A stretch of 63,968 bases of DNA, the filler included, from Lenisia limosa (lineage: Eukaryota > Protista > Breviatea), in NCBI GenBank assembly GCA_001655205.1. It is 11 parts of 11 records of this genome, joined end to end, with 100 filler letters (N's around TTAATTAATTAA, not from the genome) between each part and the next. Parts side by side here need not be neighbours in the genome. Positions count along the whole stretch, not along the records: positions 26,627 to 33,871 come from LPNZ01004157.1; positions 33,972 to 51,749 come from LPNZ01002698.1; 9 more parts are not named here. One strand, 5' to 3'. Under the pieces are notes generated by a model that was not told where the DNA came from, made no database searches, and was given only the letters and a program-made list of their open reading frames with translations. This document shows positions 26,672 through 40,100 of the stretch, piece by piece. Made by a program: the position numbers and the translations under genes. The stretch's first letter is position 1. The number at the start of each line of letters is the position of its first letter.

Positions 26672-26825
26672 AATGGGACATGGTGCTTACTGCATAAGCG
26701 ACTGACCTGGGCTTGGTTGTTTTTTGTTTCACCTGTTTCCCAAATGTAAGCCAATAAATCTGGGGTTTTTTTCTCATCAATTTCCAAATTCACCCAGTGA
26801 TGGGATGCGGTGCTACAGAAGCGAC
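26672..26825 (+). mobile_element. Two abutting family C copies
   Basis: gtaatgggacatggtgc...aattcacccag runs directly into gtgatgggatgcggtgctacagaagcgac. Confidence 0.65.
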
Positions 26826-27597
26826 NNNNNNNNNNNNNNNNNNNNNNNNNNNNNNNNNNNNNNNNNNNNNNNNNNNNNNNNNNNNNNNNNNNNNNNNNNN
26901 NNNNNNNNNNNNNNNNNNNNNNNNNNNNNNNNNNNNNNNNNNNNNNNNNNNNNNNNNNNNNNNNNNNNNNNNNNNNNNNNNNNNNNNNNNNNNNNNNNNN
27001 NNNNNNNNNCCGCAATCGCTACAAGTTGCTGGAAACAGGCAAGCCGCTTAGTGACGCAACAGACGGCGTTTCCACCGCCGAACTACTGGCTCGTCAGCGC
27101 CTTTCGGTCAACAGACTCTCAGCTCCCAGGGTGGGGGTTGGGGTGGTTCTTGTATTTTCATCCTCCCCTTTTTTCTCCTTTTTTTTGAGGTTTCAGATTC
27201 AAAACTTGATACCAAATAGAAACTTGTTAATTATATCATATATTTCAACTATTCACCCCTTGCTAGTCCGGAGAGGGAGAAACCAAGCCGCGGCCTGTCA
27301 CCACCCGTCCTCCTTCCACACCCGAACTGCGCGGGTCAACTCCGTCTCCTGTGCAAGGTATGGGGATCAACACCTTCCGTTGTGCAAGGTATTGGGATAG
27401 GATGCTGGCTCTGTTGTATGATTCTCCAACAACAGCGTAACTTCAGCTTGGCACGTCACATTTCTAACTTCTATCTATCACAAATGCACATTTACGTCTT
27501 AGAAATCGTTCAAGCAAAGCGGCCGGCTCCAAAGAAATGTGGGCTCCCTTCGCTTTTATCGGGCATTATCCCATGCTTCATCCCGGGGTGTTATCCT

Positions 27598-27698
27598 TAG
27601 GGCTTCACTTCGGTTCGAAAAATGACTGATGTTTCAATAAATCGTCGAAAACTATCTATATTTTCCCGATTTTTTTTCAGAACCGAAGTGAAGCCCTA
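27598..27698. mobile_element. Family A MITE, 19-bp perfect TIR
   Basis: tagggcttcacttcggttc...gaaccgaagtgaagcccta. Related copies at ~785, 3165, 3401, 3820, 4965, 23340, 25441, 26230, 29742, 50690, 55225 and 56050. Confidence 0.85.
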
Positions 27699-28339
27699 GC
27701 TATCCCCTCTTAACTCCCCCCCCCCCTCTCTAATATGATTTTCCTCTGAAGCACTTCACTAACAGTACTTCATCCCCCTATTCATGAATATCGCTTTGTA
27801 GCGTGATGTGGGAATGTTTTACTGGGCAATACTCTGACGTATCATATAGAATATCAAAAATCTTATTTACTATCATTAATCATAATATATCATATGTAGT
27901 ATGATATATTACATGTATTTACAATTTGAAGTAGCCCCCCCCCCCCTANNNNNNNNNNNNNNNNNNNNNNNNNNNNNNNNNNNNNNNNNNNNNNNNNNNN
28001 NNNNNNNNNNNNNNNNNNNNNNNNNNNNNNNNNNNNNNNNNNNNNNNNNNTTTGTATTTTTCTAGGCTGAACAGGTGGCTCTTCCCTGTTTTTTGTTGTA
28101 TTATTGATGTATTCTAGTTTGTACCTTTTTCACTGAGTGAAACTTTGTTATTTTTACCCCTCTCCCGTTTTTATGTTATCAAGTCACCCATTCCAAACTA
28201 GCCAAGTAATTTGAAATTTACCAGTCTTTAGGATCCATAAAATTTTTTAGAATCAATCTTCCTAAAGATCAATAGAATGGTTCCAAATTGCAGACTCACA
28301 CAGTCTACATTATCAAATAAATAACGGCAGCCTGGTGCT

Positions 28340-29000
28340 CAGGTGAGAGAGCAGAGAGCATTATCAAGCGTTGGGGGATGACGAGGGTTTTCTTCATACT
28401 GCAAATACTGCAGAACAGGAGCGACTTTAAAGACTTCGTGTTCATGGGGCTGGTCACCTGTAACCTGAAGATTTTCAGATGGAACTGATAAGTAAGAAGT
28501 CCATAACGCTCATACAAAACATTGGATAGTATAATAATACCAATTCACCAAAATATTTGCCATACAGCTCTGTTCAAACAGCATTCTATGCGAACAATGT
28601 TGAGAGAACTCTGTAATAGTGGACTATTTTGACCCCCTACCACCTCAAAAACAGGTACACTAGCTTTAGGCTCCTGGGTGAAGGCGTAATCTCGGACTTC
28701 CTCCAGCCCACTCGGCACGACTGAGCCTGAAATTGTTGGACACTATACTACACCCTCGACTTCCAACCAGATAAGTTGATCACTCCCCCCCATCAATATT
28801 ACGCCCTCATACCTCCTTCCTGATTGTCAAGATCTGCAGCAATAGCTGGCGGAAAGCTCACGTCATTGGATTGTGTATAAGGCGTGCCCTCGTCAGTGGG
28901 GATCGTAATGGGCGGCATGACAGCCTCCATCCCCTGTGGTGGCAGCAACGGGGGCACGGAGGGGGGCACGGAGGGAGGCATAGATTGCGGAGCTGATAGG
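28340..29000 (-). CDS. Hypothetical Pro-rich protein, multi-exon
   Basis: Exon-like open segments PPSVPPSVPPLLPPQ.., GSVVPSGLEEVRDYAFTQEPK and TGDQPHEHEVFKVAPVLQYLQYEENP..*. Confidence 0.35.
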
Positions 29001-29254
29001 TGTCTGAAGGAGTGAGGAGAGGGTCCGAATATATCTAAAAGTGTTGATTCGATATTTTTGAGATGCGTGGATTGTAAATAGCCCTCCTGTCAGCTTACGG
29101 AAGGGAACTGTCAGTCTTTTGTTTCGTAGATGTGGGTTGAGTGGTCCTGATAGTTTAAAAAACAAAATCGATTATGTCATTAAATGCAAAGATGTGTGAA
29201 TACTGTAAAAACAGCAACGTGGATTAATATTACGTATAGTTATACTATATAATA

Positions 29255-29332
29255 CAGTGTCTGGGATAAGTCTTGGCCTATTTTCCTTGGGAAATCATAG
29301 AGCAAATCGGTCAAGACTTATCCCTGTTACTG
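29255..29332. mobile_element. Tc1/mariner-like MITE with TA target duplication
   Basis: TA|CAGTGTCTGGGATAAGTCTTGGCC...GGTCAAGACTTATCCCTGTTACTG|TA. Confidence 0.8.
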
Positions 29333-29589
29333 TATATTACAGATTCATGCATACTTGGCCCTTTTAATTTCTCGCAGCCTTTCTTGGACCGTTTTAGACG
29401 TAGAGAAATCAATGAAATCCCGAGGAGGCAATGCTGAGGGGGAGGGGGTAAGCGAAGACTTTTAAAAGATACAAGCAGGGTAATCTGAAACTCAAAAAGA
29501 GAGATAAACAATTACAGTTAGTATTGGGGGGTGGGAGGTATCAGTATTTAAAAATGTTGATGTTTTATTCTTTCAGGAAATAATACGAA

Positions 29590-30390
29590 GGTTTTGTTTT
29601 ATCAGGTGGAAGTGCAACAACGGACGATAGAAATGGATGTAATCCAACAAATGTGAGTGTTGGAATTTGGAAGGATTGAAAACATCTACCTTTTAGTGTT
29701 TCTCAAAGCTACATCATTAAATAGTATGTTATCATATGTATGGCTTCCCTACGGTGTGAGCAAGAACTATAGAATATCGATGATTTATCGAGATAATCTT
29801 TTTTGGGACTGTAGGGAAGCCCTAATCATATGCTAGTATGTAGACATTAGCGCCTCAATTTTCAAACAAACCAGGAGCAGCGGGAAGCTCAGCAATACCG
29901 TCTTTTGGAGTGGCACTGGCCTGTCTGGTTAAAGTTTGTAATTTCAGGGGGCTTCTTTTCGCAGTTAAGCTCAGGTAATGAGTATTCGATATGATGTATT
30001 ATGCAATTCCAGGAATTGTTGGTGTGCATACTGAGGTACCTTCTGGAGTGGTATCCGTTTTAGGCGCCTCCGATCTACAGCGCATCACAAATATGGGGGA
30101 GGCTCTAACCACCATTGGAGATACAGTTGATGCAAAAGCAATTACATTGAGTGGTATCTATGCTTAATATTATGTACATACTAGTACTCCAATGCACCCC
30201 CGGAGACCCACTCATATCGGAACTTCCAACCGGCTTTCCATCCCAATTCCCAGCCTTGGCTGTAGTATTTATTGATTTGTGACTCGGTCAGTGCAAATGC
30301 AGCCATCCAGCCTTCCTTCCATGACGCTTGCCTATAACGGTCAGGGCTGGGCTACTGGGAGTGGAAGAATGCTGCTAAACCCGTTCGTAA
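29590..30390 (+). CDS. Hypothetical, possibly extracellular protein exons
   Basis: Exon-like segments GGSATTDDRNGCNPTN, CTPGDPLISELPTGFPSQFPALA and MTLAYNGQGWATGSGRMLLNPF with GT donors. Confidence 0.3.
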
Positions 30391-32614
30391 GCAAGAAAAT
30401 TATATTTGAATACGAATGAGCTGCCTGAAATTTATTTTAATACTACTTGGAAATGGGAAGCAGGTTTCAGCCAGGTGGCAGAAAGAGCCTTGTTGGGATG
30501 GGAGTCTTGCTTGAAAGCAGTCAAATTTATTATATCCATGGCGCATATGCACAACATTAGAAATAACCCCCAATTACTTTATGGACTCAATCTCAGCTTT
30601 GGAGAGGGCTGGTGGCGCAGGGGTGAAAGTAGCAAGAGTCTGGACAGGAAAAAAAAAACAAAAAAAAAACATCTTATAATAGAAGAAANNNNNNNNNNNN
30701 NNNNNNNNNNNNNNNNNNNNNNNNNNNNNNNNNNNNNNNNNNNNNNNNNNNNNNNNNNNNNNNNNNNNNNNNNNNNNNNNNNNNNNNNNNNNNNNNNNNN
30801 NNNNNNNNNNNNNNNNNNNNNNNNNNNNNNNNNNNNNNNNNNNNNNNNNNNNNNNNNNNNNNNNNNNNNNNNNNNNNNNNNNNNNNNNNNNNNNNNNNNN
30901 NNNNNNNNNNNNNGGCTCCAATTCTTCGAGCTTCTTACGTAACCGTTCGTTATCCTCTCGAATGATTGCCTGCAGGGAATAAGATTTCAGGATTAACAAT
31001 AATAACAGCCTTTAATACATATCAATTAATAGTATCTATCATATGATCTATTTTAATGGGCAAAAGACAAGAAAATTCTTAATATCCTCGTATAGCCACA
31101 CCGATGAAAAGCACATGAAGAGAAGGGGTCAATGAAGGTAAATAAAAATGATTAGTGATTAGGCACTCGCTCCCCCATACAAGAGACTTTTCCTTTTTTT
31201 GTCGAAATTTTTCTTGAGACTTTCTGTTTTGATGTCTTCTTTTCAGACATGATGCAGAAACTAAAAAGAGGGAGAATGGTGAGATTTGCACAACACGAAA
31301 CTGAAAAAGTACCACCGATTAGTCAAATACACAATTCACAATATTGTTAGCGATAAACTCATGAACTAGGCAAAAAAATAAAAATAAAAGCCTACCTTCT
31401 TGGGCCACCGGGGGGAGTGGAAAGGAGCCGCCAAGGGGAGGGAGAGCAGGGATAATATAAGGGGGAAGCCCTGGCAGATATGAGGGCAAGTGATATAAAA
31501 AAGCACATTAATAGCTGATAATAGCTAATATGTTTTTATTAGTAGTCTGTGCTGAAATGCACAATGAATAAATACTAATATCTAAGAATGCTAATTATTA
31601 TTAATAGATATTAACAAATACTAATAGGAAGGGACCCAGGAAAAGACTTGCCACAGTAGGCTTCCTCCAATGAGAGTACCCACAAACCAACAGATTCTGA
31701 CATCGCCTTCTTAACAGAAATACAACTGCAAAAAACTAAGCTACGATACAAAACACATGCTCGTACGTGCCTTTCTACAGAGATCAGGACAGACTGAGTG
31801 TAGTGAAGCGGTGAAAGGAAAATAGTAAAAGAACCATCTCTTTCACTTCTATAATTGTTTATTAGAAAAAATCGTCCACACCCATAGAGGAAGAGTGGTT
31901 GTAACACACTGGACACGAAATTATGGAAACCAGGGTCCCATCTTCTGCACTCTAACCTTCTTATTACTTCTTGTCATAACTATCCAGTAACTATTGACCG
32001 TACACATAAGGGATCATAACAGAAGGTGATGGGTGAAAACAACACAACTTTACCGCACAAATAATGTGATCATGGATCACCCCTCGACAATAGGCCGATC
32101 AGTCATGGGCTTGTATATAAAATTAACCATTTTATACAAGCCCATGGATCAGTGCCAAAAACTGCCAAAACTGCGAAAGAAATTTTGGAGAAATTCAGGA
32201 GAAATAGGTGCGCACAGGTCTGGCGCGTGCGCAGGTCCAGTATCTACACAAAACAACAAGACGGGGGACAGTCATACTTTATCTAGGAGGTGTTAGATTT
32301 TATTTTAACCTCCATCTCTTTGAAATTGCAATGAATGAATGAATATGTGGCGTCACGAATCGCAGAGTAGCACGAAATAGATCTGAAATAACAGCATCAG
32401 AACTCAAGGCCCTCACTTGAGAGAAAAAAAAACTGACTTGAGGTCTGATTGATCAAGGATCAATCTAATGTATCTTAACTGCATAGGGGTTTTGAGGGTC
32501 AATTGAGGGTATACTTATACTTTTGTTCATAATACATTGTGTTTTGTTATAGTATGTACATAAATTTAGAATATTTGAAGATTTAATCAAAAGAATATGC
32601 GAAACAAACTTACA

Positions 32615-33770
32615 ATGTTCTTCCCTCTTTTGCTTGTTATTCTTATTGGGATGTCAACTCCATTTGTTATCAAGGTTTGAGGGGACTTTTTCTTTGAGTA
32701 TATGATATGTTTTTTTATTGGTGTTAAATGCTTCTCTTATGATGAGTGGATGGAAATCTACTATCCTTCTCTCGCGGCACCCTCTGCGGCCAGATACAAC
32801 TTGTTTTTTTTATTTCTCATTGCGACATACCTTCTAATCATTTAGCCGACAGGGGAGGCGGAAATGAACCATTTGATTGTGGAAGACATAACTATCAAAT
32901 CAGTTTCGGGGGAAAACACGAGTGGGTTGATTCTGCAGCGGTCATCCTTATTTCACATTATTTTGGATATAATCAAAACCAATTCACTGTGGGGAAAATA
33001 ATATTTCAAAACATTCTAAATAGTGATTATGATCCTATAATGAGCTACGTTACGACCTAACCCTGCAGTCAGCGGATTGTTCCAACGCATTGACGAGATG
33101 GGGGCACGTTTGGAGGAAATGGCCACATATGGTGGGTACATGCGTTCCCGAGAAATAGAAGCCGCCCAGTTATTCGCAAATGCTCGAATATATACATATC
33201 ATATATGATATATCTATTGGGGTTTTTGGTCCTGAGAGAATCCCGCATATCAAAGATAAGAAAACGATCAGCATTCAAGATTTGATTATCGTTGACAAGT
33301 GTAATTAGAAAGATGTTTGTACTTTTCCATGTTTAGAGCTTTTAGAATCATGTGACTTAGTCCCTACTTCTCGTCTCGCCAGAATCCAGTTGACATCTGG
33401 TGAAGTTGTGACAGTGTATTGCGACAAGGTCTGCATATCGCTATGGTACCATTTTATTCACTTTATTCACAAAATTATTTCCGATCAACAGAATATGAAC
33501 TAAAATTCACTTTCGTTCCAAAAAGACAAGTAATATCTCAATGTATCAAGAAAACCGGAGTCTTTATTTTACCAAGGTGACTCACAGATATCATCAGATT
33601 TTATATCATATAATATGATATACTATATATTCATTTCTCAACGTTTGCACAGTACAAGATATGACCGGGATAGGAGCTCTTGGGAGGTAGCTGGATGGTG
33701 ATCGCCAACACCAACATCACTGATAGCCCCGTGATTCCCACCGACTTCCTTTATGAAAATATCAATTCTG
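32615..33770 (+). CDS. Secreted protein with fibrinogen-C-like N-terminal motif (partial)
   Basis: Signal-like MFFPLLLVILIGMSTPFVIK; later exons GEVVTVYCDK and GGSWMVIA resemble the FReD motif VYCDM..GGGWTVI. Confidence 0.4.
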
Positions 33771-34141
33771 TAGGGTTTTTGTTTGATTTGTTTGTGAGGT
33801 TTTTAATATGTTAGAGATAGAGATTGATGTTTCTGATAACTACTGGTGTACACATTCTGAAGTTTTTTTTTNNNNNNNNNNNNNNNNNNNNNNNNNNNNN
33901 NNNNNNNNNNNNNNNTTAATTAATTAANNNNNNNNNNNNNNNNNNNNNNNNNNNNNNNNNNNNNNNNNNNNCCTTCTGAAGATGGCAGGCCTTGAAGAAA
34001 TCTCTACTCAACTTCTCGTCTGAGGCTCAAGCTATACATATATGCATAATATATCAAGAGCATTATATAGTATTAAAATGTTACATTTTCATGAAGTTCT
34101 CTTGCACTTTTCTCATCTTGATATTTGAGGAGTCCAGGTAG

Positions 34142-37100
34142 AGTTTCACTGAACAGGTGAGAGTTTTATTCTCATACCTCGCGGAGTATGAGTCGAAGGT
34201 CTTGGCGCTTCGCGAAAATAACTTCTTGCTCTATCGGGTGGAAGATGCGAGGGTTTGACCAAGGCCATTATGTGCTGGAATCTTCTCCCACATTTAACAG
34301 TATATAGATGAAAGTGTTCAAACTTGACAATGAGAAAGAAAGCACGGAACCCAAACAAATTGACATCTGGGAGTACGGCAAAGTGGGTACTCATAAGAAA
34401 AACCCTCTTTCTCCTTTATCGATTTCCTTTTATTGCTTGCTTCCCATTTAGGTTCACGAGAATGTTGAGACCAAGGATACCAGCTTCATTGTCCACAAAC
34501 CAAACGGAGGAATGGAGGTTTCTCTTTTCCGACAGGTTTTAGAGCTTGGAAGGTGAGCCAATATTTGCATTTAGAATAAATTTTAGATTAGTTATCAAGA
34601 ATATGATTAAGATAAAGAGTGGTTGAAACAAATCCTCAATTCCCCAATTCCCACGTCTTTTCAGTGAACTGATTGCGCCGACTGTGCTGCGAAAGGTGAA
34701 AAGCCTTATTGCCGAATACAACGGAAAGGAAACGGAGCTTTACGACAAAATCAAGGAAGGTATGATGAAAACTTTTACAGTTTTCCAAAAGCTTAGTTTT
34801 TATTTGGCTTTTTACTGAACTGCTATGTTATTGATTTGTTTGTAGAAGTTGCAGTTCCTGTAATGGCTACCAACCCAGGACATCTCATCATCGTATGGTG
34901 GCTTGTCAGCTGTTCTGATGCTGCTGTTACTGTAATAGTCTATTATAATAGTATCCATACTTTCAATTTGATACCCTCAGATTATTACCTTTTGACATGT
35001 ATTGAAGTTGCTTTATTGCAAATCCCATTGTACATGTAGACTTGGTATACATTTTCCTATTGATACTGCAGAAAGGCATGGAAATAACATTCAGGATGCC
35101 AACAATGGACCTCCGCCATTTGTCCCCCCAGAGACAATGTACAACGGAATTGCACACCAGTGGGGATCGCCCACCTCACCCAAACAAATCAACTCAAGCT
35201 GGGGGGCCCTGGGTTCCCCTGAGAGCTCGCACAATGTCCTTAACAAGCCCACTCTCCCCAACATGTCCAATCCGGGTGGATGGGATCATCCCGGTTCTCC
35301 CGAGGATAGTGTCCACGGCTCGGTTAAGACCGCCAATCTTGCCATTTGGGCCACACCGTCCGACCCAGACCGGCCGTCGTCATGGTCACAAGCGCAGGTA
35401 GATCGGCGTGATTTGTTGACTTTATGCTCAGTCTTATTTCCTCCGCAGAACTAAACTGAATCACTGCTATATTTCTTTAGACTACTCCCGCGACACCACC
35501 CCCTTTCGTGAAGCCCACAACCCTGCCAGTTGGAGTCAATTTGGCGCAGACACGGACAGCCCAGTCCTATGCTGATAGCTCCCCCATCAAGCGGGTGGTA
35601 AATGGTGGGTTCTTGGGAATTACATCTTTCCTATTTGAACAGTTTTGAACAAAACAATATGGGAGTTGATAAATGGATTTGCGCTCTTTCACAAAACCTG
35701 CTCTGTTCTTTCTATTTTTCTTTGCATTCCTATTGTGGTAATATGCGCACCTTCATCGCCCCTCCCCCAGGTCTCCTGAACACGACCTCCACCGAAAACA
35801 GCTACAAAGAGGATACACTGGAGCCTCTGGATATTCTGTGTGGCCTTCTGAAGATGGCAGGCCTTGAAGAAATCTCTACTCAACTTCTCGTCTGAGGCTC
35901 AAGGAGCACTAATACATTTCGTATAATGTTCAATTGCTCAACTTTTGACTCGATTAGGAGTCGCACTACCCGTCTGATGAAGACAAACCGGAGATTGATG
36001 AATTTGGTGAAATCTTTGTAGGTTTATCACAGTTGTATTTTTGAGAGCTACACATCAGACTTTATGTATCACCAACATATCTCTTCCTCTTTTTTCCAAG
36101 CTCTACCATTGTTGCTAATCCAATAGCACTAAAAACTCCTTTTTAGGAAAGGAACCAGGGGGATGTTGGAGTCAGTGAGGTAGACACGTTTGTCAAAGAC
36201 ACCAAACTAGAGCCGCCAAACTGGGACACCTACGATCTGAAGGTATGATGAGCAATGGGTTTTTCTGAGGTTGAGGCTAATTTTTCTAGAGAGAGCAAAG
36301 GTGCTTTGGGCTCCTGTCTTCGAACCACGAGAGCACAGTCGAGATGAAGCCGTATAAGCTGAACTACTATAAGAAGTCCCTTGTTGGCGGCGACTTTTCC
36401 GAACTTCGACGCCGAGAGCCGCGGCAGAGGACATTTGATCTGGTAAGGGGGGGGGGGTGAGAGCAGTTCACTTCAGTCCCATAGAATCCNNNNNNNNNNN
36501 NNNNNNNNNNNNNNNNNNNNNNNNNNNNNNNNNNNNNNNNNNNNNNNNNNNNNNNNNNNNNNNNNNNNNNNNNNNNNNNNNNNGGGTGACTGACCCGGTT
36601 CTTGTGGGCACTGCGGCTGAAGGCACAACCCCCCACATTCCTGTGGTTGACGTGTCAGAACAGAAAATTGCCCTCCTGGCTGATGGTATGCCTTTATTAC
36701 TGCAGGTAGTACGAGTCATATAGATCTGGACTGTGTCATATCCATGGATGTTGACAGCATAAACATGATTTGTTTGGGCGTTTTTGTAGAGATTCAGTTG
36801 GATTGAACACTTCTTATATTTACATTACTTACACTGTAGCCTACATTACTGGTCTGGAGTTTGTTTGGCTCTACTACATTACCGGTCCTCCCGACTGGAA
36901 TTGGTTCTACCCTGGGCACAAGGCCCCTCTGCCATCCGGTGAGTGACTCCTTAGACAGTATTGTATTCTATCATATCGAAGCCTATGGCGTGTCTTTGTC
37001 ATCTTGGGAATTTCTCAAGTGATGCCATCATGATATTATCAATGTTTTGCTCAGTGCAGAAGATTGTCGCTCTTTTGATTTCTCTGAAAAGCCTTGGTAA

Positions 37101-40100
37101 CCCCCTAGATTTGATGAATGTTGCGTTCCCATCTTCGCAATCTTTCACCCCAAAATATGACGATATCTTCCAGCCGAACAAACCCCTTTTGGTATGTCTT
37201 AAAGGTATACAGTTTTTTCAGATGCTCTTAATTTTGGCTTTACTTAGCTTTATATTCCTTTTGGAACCGAACGGTCTGCTACTAGTTTAGTGAATTTTTT
37301 ATTTCTAGTTTAGTGTATTTTTTGGTAAATATACTAACTTACTAGCCTTTCTCGCAGCTCCTTTCAGTTCTTCCGCCGCTGTCAGCGCAATGTTTACCTA
37401 ATGAAGTTGCTGTGAGTTAAGGAGAAACATAAATAATGCTGTTATACAAGGTAAAAAAATTCACCATAAGGAACTGAGACAAAGCTGTGGTACTCACCTT
37501 GTTAGAAGCTCCTTACTGAGTCAACCCCTCTGAAGGAGTACTTTCCTGATTCGTTCAGAGTCATTGGTATGGCTAATTCTCGAAGTATAGCATTTAACAT
37601 ACCATATATATTTCGACATATTATGCTTTTCTCTGAAATTACAGTTTACCAGCCGATCTCCTCACAATACAATCAAGTATTATAAGAGGGCAGCAATATC
37701 CTAACGATGACCAGTATCTTCATGAACTGATCCAAAGTATTATTTTCTACCAACAACTACATATGATATTACTATGTATGTGTCATAGTATATTATATAA
37801 ATACCATATGATATATGCGTCAGTTCAATTTCCGGTTTTTTTGCAAGATCCGGTTTTTTTTTTTTAAGGTTTTTTTTTCTTCTATTTCTCATTTTGTTAA
37901 TTCTTTGTAGCACTCAAAGTCAAATTTTCAGCATTAAATTGCAAACCCAATCAAATTTCACTTGAAACAACCCCAACCTCAAGATTATAATCATAATTAT
38001 AATTATATTTTCCTTCATTCATCCTAACAAATATCAAGACATCATGGTGATAAACACGTCTCAATCTTGGCGAAGAAGAGCAGCACGAGTGTTTCTCTTG
38101 TGTTCTACATGAGATAAGCAGACTTGCTCAGATTTACATACTGATAACTGGGGCAGTTGGGAGTGCAATGGTTGGGCCTTCACTGAAATCAGATTCACTA
38201 GAGTCGGAGTCATCAAAGTCTAAAACTGTGATGCAGAAAATGGCAAACTACCATCTTTATCGGAATCGGATTCAATTGCAATGACAGCTTCTTCAGCCCC
38301 CTTTTCTTCTGTTTCTTCATTGCTTGAGAACACATTTGCTGAAGAGATAACACATCAAAAGTTTTTCATACTCAAAATGTCAAAGTCGGGATTACGAGCT
38401 GCTTCTCCTCTCCCTCTTCCTCTTCCCCGTCCTCTTCCACGGCCTCTTCCACGGCCTCTTCCTCTTCCTCGAGCGCCTCGTGTAGCACGCATTTCTGACA
38501 TCAACTAAGCAGTTATAAAGAATAAAATAACCCACAGAGAGTTGTTTCAAGAATATTTTCATCGCTGTCAGAGCTGCTGGCATTTGCTTCTATGTTTTCT
38601 AAGTTCGTAAGGGTGACAATATAAGACACACACACCTTTTTGAATTTCGGCCATTCCTGGACCTCTTCCATGGCGGCCATGGCCTCTTCCACGACCTCTT
38701 CCATGCCCATTTCCACGTTTAGTTCCTGGATAGTAGTGAATCAGCGCATACCCTGGGTCTGCTTTCTCAATACAGCAGGAGCGCCACCAGTGGCATGAAT
38801 CGCAGAGGATTAAGAACCACACCGTCCTTATTTTCCAGCTTGGCAGTCCGCATCTTCCTCTGCTTCAATTCCTCTTTCCAGACAACAATCTGTCCATCCA
38901 GCTTCTCGACCACAGGGACGCCAGGCGTTGCCCAAATACTGCTCTGGTCAAAACGTCCAGTGTCGGGCATTTCAAATATCTTGTCGCAGTGAAGAGATGG
39001 ACCAAAATGGACCTCAGAAACGAGTTCTCCTGCCTATTTTGCGCTTAAAATATCAACTTGAACCTTAGAATTGCTTAACTTTAAAAAAGGGTCTGGAAAA
39101 GTAAAAAGTTTCCACAAAGGCAAAATCCTGGGGTATAAGGTGAATTTTTTAAAAAAAACCGGATCTTGCAAAAAAAACCGGAATTGAACTGACATATGAT
39201 ATATATGATATATTATATCATATACATACCTAATACTATATGATCATATGTACTAGTAATAATACATACATATCATTATATTATATACTATGTGTAATAT
39301 ATGTCTTCTCAGTAGCTCAGTAGCTTGAATGTATTGATACCACAGCTGATCTCTTTGATCGGAGCTGGAGAGACATCCCTCTATTGCCTTTCGTCGACAC
39401 CAAGAAAGTGGCCCAGGCAGTCAATGACGTCATGCCTTTGGTGGGTCTCGCGATTTTCATCCCACCTTATATTTCTCGTCCCCCTCCCCCTCCTATGATA
39501 AGGTCTCATTTCTTAAATAGCTTGCCGAGCCGATTCAAAAGAGAAACTCCCATGGAACTAACAAAGTTGCCTTTTCCAGGTCGGTTGAGACCCTTCTCTT
39601 TAACAACAGAAATGTTGTCTTGTGCTCTTCACTCGCAGTGTTTCCTCCATGATCACAATTTAGCCACGCAATTGGACAAGAGGTGGCGTCGGTCGTGGAA
39701 ATGTGGAACCTTCCCCAAGCACAAGCACAGTACGAGGGCTCAGTAGAACCTAACCGTCACAGGTTTTTTGAGCTGAGCCTCCCAACATTCTCTGCAGAAT
39801 CTGAAGCCTCCAGATGCATCATCCCTCAAGCCTCAAGACCAGGCGCCTGGGGTGGGTGTTGCCATCTCGAATGGAATCAATCAGACTCGTCAAAATAATA
39901 AATGACAGAGGGAGGGAAATCCATTTGTTTTGGTGATCCGCCAAGGTTTCCCATCCTTCATGCCACTCCGGCATATTGGAGCCTTGACGAAAGTTGCTGG
40001 CATGGGAGAAGACTTCATTGACATGCTTGAGGTGTCCCCGGTTCCCGAGGTTGGTTGCCTACACCGGAGGGATTTCTGATAGAATACGTACCAGATTGTA

